A DNA stretch of 64,000 nt from the NCBI RefSeq assembly GCF_009914755.1, contig NC_060929.1. One strand, given 5' to 3'. The notes under the pieces were generated by a model that saw nothing but the letters and a program-made list of their open reading frames with translations, made no database searches and had not been told where the DNA came from. The first letter of the stretch is position 1. Each line of letters begins with the position of its first letter. The DNA comes from the human T2T-CHM13v2.0 reference genome, Homo sapiens. Shown here piece after piece: positions 57,587 through 64,000 of the stretch. The translations under genes and the position numbers were made by a program.

Positions 57587-58100
57587 CCTCCACCCCCTGC
57601 TCCTCCTCTCCCCTCCTCCTCCTCCTCCTCCTGCTTCTCCTCCCTCTTCGGCTGCACCTCCTCCCGGGTCCCCGCGGCGCTGGCGGTGGCGGCGGCGGCG
57701 GCGGGCGCAGCAGCAGAAACCGGGAGTGCCCAGCGACTTCAGGCCAGCTCGGGGGAAAGAAGCGGCCGCCGCCGCCGAGGCTCTCTGGCCTCGGGACTCC
57801 GGCGCTGCCTCTTCCTCCCGCACCTGCTGGGGTGGGCTGGAGCCGTAACCGAATCCCGGCCGCGGCGCCTGCAAAGTTTTTCGCTCGAAGCTCCGCGGCT
57901 CCAGTCCACTGGCGTCCCCCAGGCCGCGCCCTGGCTCCCTCTTCTCTCTGACCGAGCTCGGGAAGCTGCACGCACCGGGGCGTGCGCGTCCAGCTGCGCC
58001 AGGGACCGCACCCGGCGCCCTCTGGGCAGCACCTGTCAGCGGCGGGGGCGGCTGCCTCCAAATTGGGCGCGCACGCGGCTCACACAACAAGGCGCGTCTG
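57587..58100 (-). other. MCTP1: MCTP1 5' UTR (approximate; TSS not determinable from sequence)
   Basis: GC-rich sequence upstream of the ATG, with no minus-strand ATG between 57587 and about 58146. Contains (CCG)n and (AGG)n runs. Confidence 0.6.
57612..57716. repeat. (CCT)n and interrupted (GGC)n/(CAG)n trinucleotide runs in the 5' UTR
   Basis: cctcctcctcctcctcctcct at 57612-57632; ggcggtggcggcggcggcggcgggcgcagcagcag at about 57682-57716. Confidence 0.85.
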
Positions 58101-58949
58101 GCTGGAGACTCCGGGGACCAGCAGTCCCCCTGGGGCGCCCCGGGACCATCCTCCAGCTCCTAGGTGGGAGGGCCGGTAGGAGCCGGGTGGAGCTAGGTAG
58201 GGCCCGAAGCCAGCTTGCTCCCTAGGATCCGGCCACAGTTGCCCACGCAGCTCGCTGTGCGCTGGCCGCTGGCCGCGCTGGCGATCGTCTGGGTCGGATG
58301 AAGCGAGCTGGAGTGGAAACTATGTGCCCTCGATGGGTCTCGTGGGGGCGCCGATCGTCCACACTGAGCGATGAACCCGACGGAGTTCTAAAGCTGAAGA
58401 CGTCTGCCCCCGCCCCGTTGCGCTCCCTGGGTCCAAGACGAGAGTTTAATTTCTTCTGTCTTGACTTCATCCCCATCCACCCCTCCCTTTTCTTTATTTG
58501 CCTCTGCACTGGTCTCTTATGATCAGGTTCTAGCATTTCCGGAGTCTGACGATAAAGCCAGCCCTTAAGTTGCAGGGAGTTTACGGTGGACGAAGATGGG
58601 TGATGCGCACTGCCTTTGATCCGATTCGGCACGCACAGAATCTTGTTCTTTTCATTCAAGCGCATTTTTTCTTTGGTTACTTCATTTGCTTGTTGCAAGG
58701 CAAACGGAAAAGGCTTTTTAGCTCATTCAGACTTTGCTTCTCCCAAAGCTGCTCAGCCAGGGTCTTCTGATTCTGCTAGGAGAGACTTCTGAAAGGCCAG
58801 CAACACAATGCCTCTTTCGTCCTCCTAAATGGGGAAAACGGGAGAGTTCCCTAAGCTGCGGTAGCACACTGATCAGTCTTGTCTAGCTAGCAGTATGCTT
58901 TGGAGGTGTTACCAACCTAAGTTTTTTGTTTTGTTTTGTTTTTCTTACC

Positions 58950-59730
58950 TTTATAACAAATATTTATTAAGCACCTACTATATACCAGGCACTGTGATAG
59001 GCTCTGGGGATGCAGCTGTGAACAGGGCATCAGGGTCCCACCCACATGGAGCTTATTGTGAGGGTGAGGGTTGGGAGGTGATGTGAGACAATAAACAGAA
59101 TTTCTAATATGCAAAAGTCCCATGGAAACAGTTAAGCAGGGTACCACATAACAGAGTGGCTACAGAGGAAGAGCTTCCAGACAAAATGCAGGACACCCAA
59201 TTAAACTGACTTTCAGAGAAACAATGAATAATATTAGTATATGTATGTCCCAAATATTGCATGGGACATACTTATACTAAAATACTATTATTTATCTGAA
59301 ATTTAAATTTAACTGGGTGTCATGTTTTTGTTTGCTAAATCTGGCAGCCCCATATGGAGAGGTTTTTGGTTTTTTACATTATGTGTACAGGGAGAGTCTC
59401 TCTGAGAAGATAAAATTTTGAGTTAAGACTTAATGAGGACAGAGAACCAGCTATTGACGGATCTGACTGTAGAATTTCAGGTAGAAGGAACAGCAGATAC
59501 AGAGGTCCTGAGGCAGGAAGCAGCTTGACTGGGCATATTCAAGGACAGAACGATACCACTCCAAATAGAGTAGAGCAAGGTGGGTGGGGTTGGTAAGAGA
59601 TGTAGTGAAACAAAAGGTCAGCTAAGGGAGTGGGTCCTATAGCCAGAGTGAGAGTCCATGTTTCCTCTAAATGAAATTGGGAGACATTAGAGGTCTTTTT
59701 TAATCGTGAGGGTAATGTGATGTGATTTAC
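58950..59730 (-). mobile_element. L2 3' fragment interrupted by MER53
   Basis: aacaaatatttattaagcacctactatataccaggcactgtgataggctctgggga...aggtagaaggaacagcagatacagaggtcctgaggcagga. Confidence 0.85.
59170..59350. mobile_element. MER53 palindromic hAT MITE
   Basis: ccagacaaaatgcaggacacccaattaaa...tatgtcccaaatattgcatgggacatac...tttaactgggtgtc...aaatctggcagccc; self-complementary. Confidence 0.85.
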
Positions 59731-59934
59731 TAATACTAATGCCAGGTATTAATAAATAGCCTCACAGGGCTATTTTGAAGATTAAGTGGAAAAAGGACTT
59801 AGCTCAGTGCCTGTATATAGTTGATATTATTGTTATTTGGTAGACCCAGTATTTCCCAAGTATATGAATACTATGCTTTGGAAAAAGAGCAACGTGAATG
59901 GAGAAACACTGGGCTGCATTTAAATCATATTATT

Positions 59935-60310
59935 GAAATGACAAGATTATAGAGATGGATAGTGGTTGCCAGGGGTTAGCGGTGGGGCAAATGTAAAGGA
60001 TCAGAATAAAGAAGTTTATTTGTTATGATGAGACAAATTTAGATTGTGGTGGTGGTTACATGAATGTGTGTTATACACAGGATAGGACTGCATAGAACTA
60101 CATACATATATGAATGCACATAAAAACGTGACATCTGAATAAGATAAGTTGTACCAATGGCAATTTCCTGGGTCTTAATATTGAACTATAGTTATGTATG
60201 ATAATATCATTGGGGGAAATTGGGTGAAGGTCACACAGGAGCTCTATGTAGTATGTTTGCAACTTCCTGTGAGTCCATAATTATTTTAAAATTTAAAGTA
60301 TAAATAAAAG
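59935..60310 (+). mobile_element. L1M(E/C) 3' end fragment
   Basis: atagtggttgccaggggttag...gattgtggtggtggttacatgaat...gggggaaattgggtgaagg...tgcaacttcctgtgagtc. Confidence 0.8.
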
Positions 60311-61899
60311 CAAACAATAATAAAGCATTTTTTTTGAAAAAATTGTGTGCTGCTGAAAGTTTTCCTTTGGAACCTTAATAATTAGAGAATGAAACAGTCT
60401 TAGAGCTACGATGGCCTACCCTTTCTTTGTAGCTCTGTTCTGGCCAACCCCACCTAATTCCTGAGGAAGCCTCTGAGAAGCAAATGAGGGAAAAGTCAGG
60501 ACTGGTGAGGCAGAGTCCACATTAGGGCAAGCTCACAACTGCAAATGTAAACACAGAGGCTGTGAAGCACTCTCCACACAGAATAAGAAAAGCCAACCAC
60601 ATTTGCCTTTATGGAGGTACCTCCCCACCGGGTGAAAGCAGAAGGGTTGGCATTTTTCACTGGCTTTTCCTTCCTCTTCACTCCAGTTTCCTTTCTCTGT
60701 ATTTTATTTCTGTGTTAGTCCTTACTTTTCAAAGTTTCAGGTAAACCTTTTAAAGTTTCAGTTAAAACTCTTCAGCTAAATTATAAATATCATAGCTAAG
60801 TCTAACTGTGTAAGCTGGTGGTGGCTTAAGTGTTAACTCTCTCTGGAGTATTTATGAGCTTTATATATGGGAGCTTTATAAAACTGAAAATCTCCATCAA
60901 AATAAGTAGAAACCTTCATTAACGACTTGGCCATTCAAGGTAGTGTTAGTCTTACAAAGCGAGCTACACACCAACTTCAGAGGCTTTCGCTCCAAACCTG
61001 CATCAATCCCTTATTAAATCAATATGGAGATCATTTTCAAAAGCCCAAGGCAAACTGTCTTTTCTACACCAATCAAGCTGAAAGCACCAAGACCACAAAA
61101 AACTACCTGAATATAAAGCTGCTCTGAAAGCACAAAAAGAAACTGGACTACCCAGAAATCTTATTCTCTAGAGAGAACAAGAGGAAAAATATTTTGTTTC
61201 TAGTTTGTTATAATTGTAGACTGGAGATAATGCTACACAATTCAACCTTAAATTCATTTAGTCTTCAATGCATTTAATTGACTTTTTAATATTATTTTTC
61301 TCTTCTACCTGTCTTAAAATACTCTGAGATATTGAGTTCTGAAATCTATAATCCCAAATAACACATCCATCATATGAATTCATTTACATATCTTGAAAAA
61401 GCATATGTAACTTTTCCTAAATATCTGAAGTGGATTATAAAATGAGACTGTCCTACAGATTGTATATCATATAAAGCTACACTAGATAAGGTCTCTTCTG
61501 TCAAATGTCTTATTATATTTAAGAGAAGATATTTATAAGAACCCTACAACACAAGCAGAAAGTGAATGGTACAAATTAATCACTGAGGAAGTGAAGAATT
61601 ACTTCTGGCTTGACTAACCAAGGAGGACTTCTTGTTGGAGGCATCTGAGCTAAGATCTAGTGCAGGTGGCAGGGTATAACAAGAAGATGGATTGCCACCA
61701 GCAAGGAAAAGCAAAATTCATGCCATATACCAAGACTTTAATAAATGTTAGCTATTCTTTTTATTATTTTCATTAATACAATTTACTGTCTCGAATATTG
61801 ATATTTATTGCTTAGATTAATATTAAATATGCTTCAAACATTGATATTCAGGAGGTTGAAGTGATGTATAAGCCACTTATACAATATTTATACAATGTA

Positions 61900-62825
<926 letters not shown>

Positions 62826-64000
62826 GGCTTCTTTAATTTTAAAATATATGCATAAATAGAATAAATAATGGAAAGAAGCCTCAAAAGATGAACTGATCCA
62901 TGCCCTTGCCCTAGGTGAGCAATAAGATGACCTTGGACAGAACAAAAACTTACACTCAATGAGATCAAGGATGTAAATGCAAGCACGAAAACAACATTTC
63001 TGGAACTAATTGAGTTAAAGGCCAATTAAACGGCACTTCAGGAGCCCCACTGTCAGTGCAGTCTTGGCTGCTGTCCCAGCTCCCAGCACTAGGTCAGATA
63101 TCTTCAGGCCCTCATGTTCTCTCCCAGTCTCTGAAATGGGATAATAATATTTGTCCACCTGACCCATCTCACAAGGACCCAATTCAAAGACAAATGTAAG
63201 CAGCATTTTTAATGAGTAAAGCCTGTCCAAAAGAGTGGCATTATCATCACTTTGTAACCAAAAACAAGAAAAGCTACCAGACTGATTCGTTCCATCTTAC
63301 ATGGAAAAACCCTGCCTGTGGGGAATGAAGCATTTTGAACCATTCAAAACCAAGAACTCAGTCATCACAATTCACCATATTGAGTTGACTGCTAACTATA
63401 CGATTAACTCAAGAGAATGAATTCCTATTCTGGTTATAAACTAGTTTTTGTCATTTCTTTCTTGAAAGATATCCCAGCAGAGCTCTCAAATTCAGTTGAA
63501 TGTTTAAGTAACTTCAAAGGAGATATTTCTATTTATTCTGTTTAACCTAAGCCATATCACATTTTCTTTTAAATCAAAGTGTTTTTTGAAATTCTTGAGT
63601 TCTAGTTCTATGTAGGAGAGGCATAAGAGCGTTCATGTGGCCAGAAGGAGAGAGGGAGGGGACTTGAAACTATATTTGCATTAAAAAACACTTTTTTTGG
63701 TAATCAATTGTCCATGTCAAAGAAGAGAGAAAGGAGTTAAGTGGAGATCAGAAGACAGCAAACGTTTCTTCCAACTCAAGCCTTGATGCCAATTCTGTGC
63801 TGGAAAAGTCAGAAGGCATGGGTGTTTGCCTTGGTTTTGCACCCAAGTGCTCTGTAACTACAGGAAGCTTTTGGGGCCTCAGTTTCTTGTTAGGAAAATA
63901 AAGAAATAGAACTAGTTACCCTCTAAGGTCTTTTTCAGCTTAAAAATTGTGTAAACCTCTGAAGCAATTCTCCAATATATGATATAATCCATCTACTCAT

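Larger units (their letters stand above)
56760..58460. promoter_or_regulatory. CpG island / MCTP1 promoter and exon 1
   Basis: Abrupt shift to very high GC and dense CpG relative to AT-rich flanks. GC box (CCCCGCCCC) near 58408. Confidence 0.93.

Noticed and set aside
56747-58090. 447-aa ORF as a complete single-exon protein
   Set aside because: It is MCTP1 exon 1 plus in-frame 5' UTR (TTG start) and 39 codons of intron read-through past a consensus donor. No nearby poly(A) signal supports a truncated isoform.
56733-58698. Many overlapping 100-340-aa ORFs on both strands of the CpG island
   Set aside because: Expected from stop-codon scarcity in very GC-rich DNA. Translations are low-complexity R/G/A/P, mostly with non-ATG starts.

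Overview
Human (or closely related primate) genomic DNA, not prokaryotic. The window holds the 5' end of MCTP1 on the minus strand. Coding exon 1 (ATG at 57586, 240 codons, donor CAG|GTGAGT at 56867/56866) lies in a CpG island, with about 6 kb of upstream sequence to its right. Positions 1-56866 are intron 1, which is mostly interspersed repeats: Alus, MIR, L2, old L1M fragments, MaLR/ERV solo LTRs, DNA-transposon MITEs (MER85, MER20, MER33, MER53, MADE1), a truncated class III-like provirus and a full-length L1PA6/7-like element. Nearly all short ORFs in the track are repeat-derived or random. I found no convincing new multi-gene system. The most unusual signals are rearrangement scars: (1) the full-length L1 has a 1.2-kb internal inversion, a 60-bp templated copy of DNA from 1.7 kb away in its 5' UTR, and an intact, extended ORF0 co-oriented with MCTP1; (2) a TSD-flanked micro-insertion combines a fold-back copy of local DNA, an L1 3' tip and a probable 3' transduction; (3) a one-LTR provirus starts inside dUTPase yet is flanked by a perfect 5-bp TSD; (4) a perfect 21-bp hairpin is fused to a 42-bp tandem duplication. 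Repeat subfamily names come from recalled consensus sequences and need RepeatMasker/Dfam confirmation.
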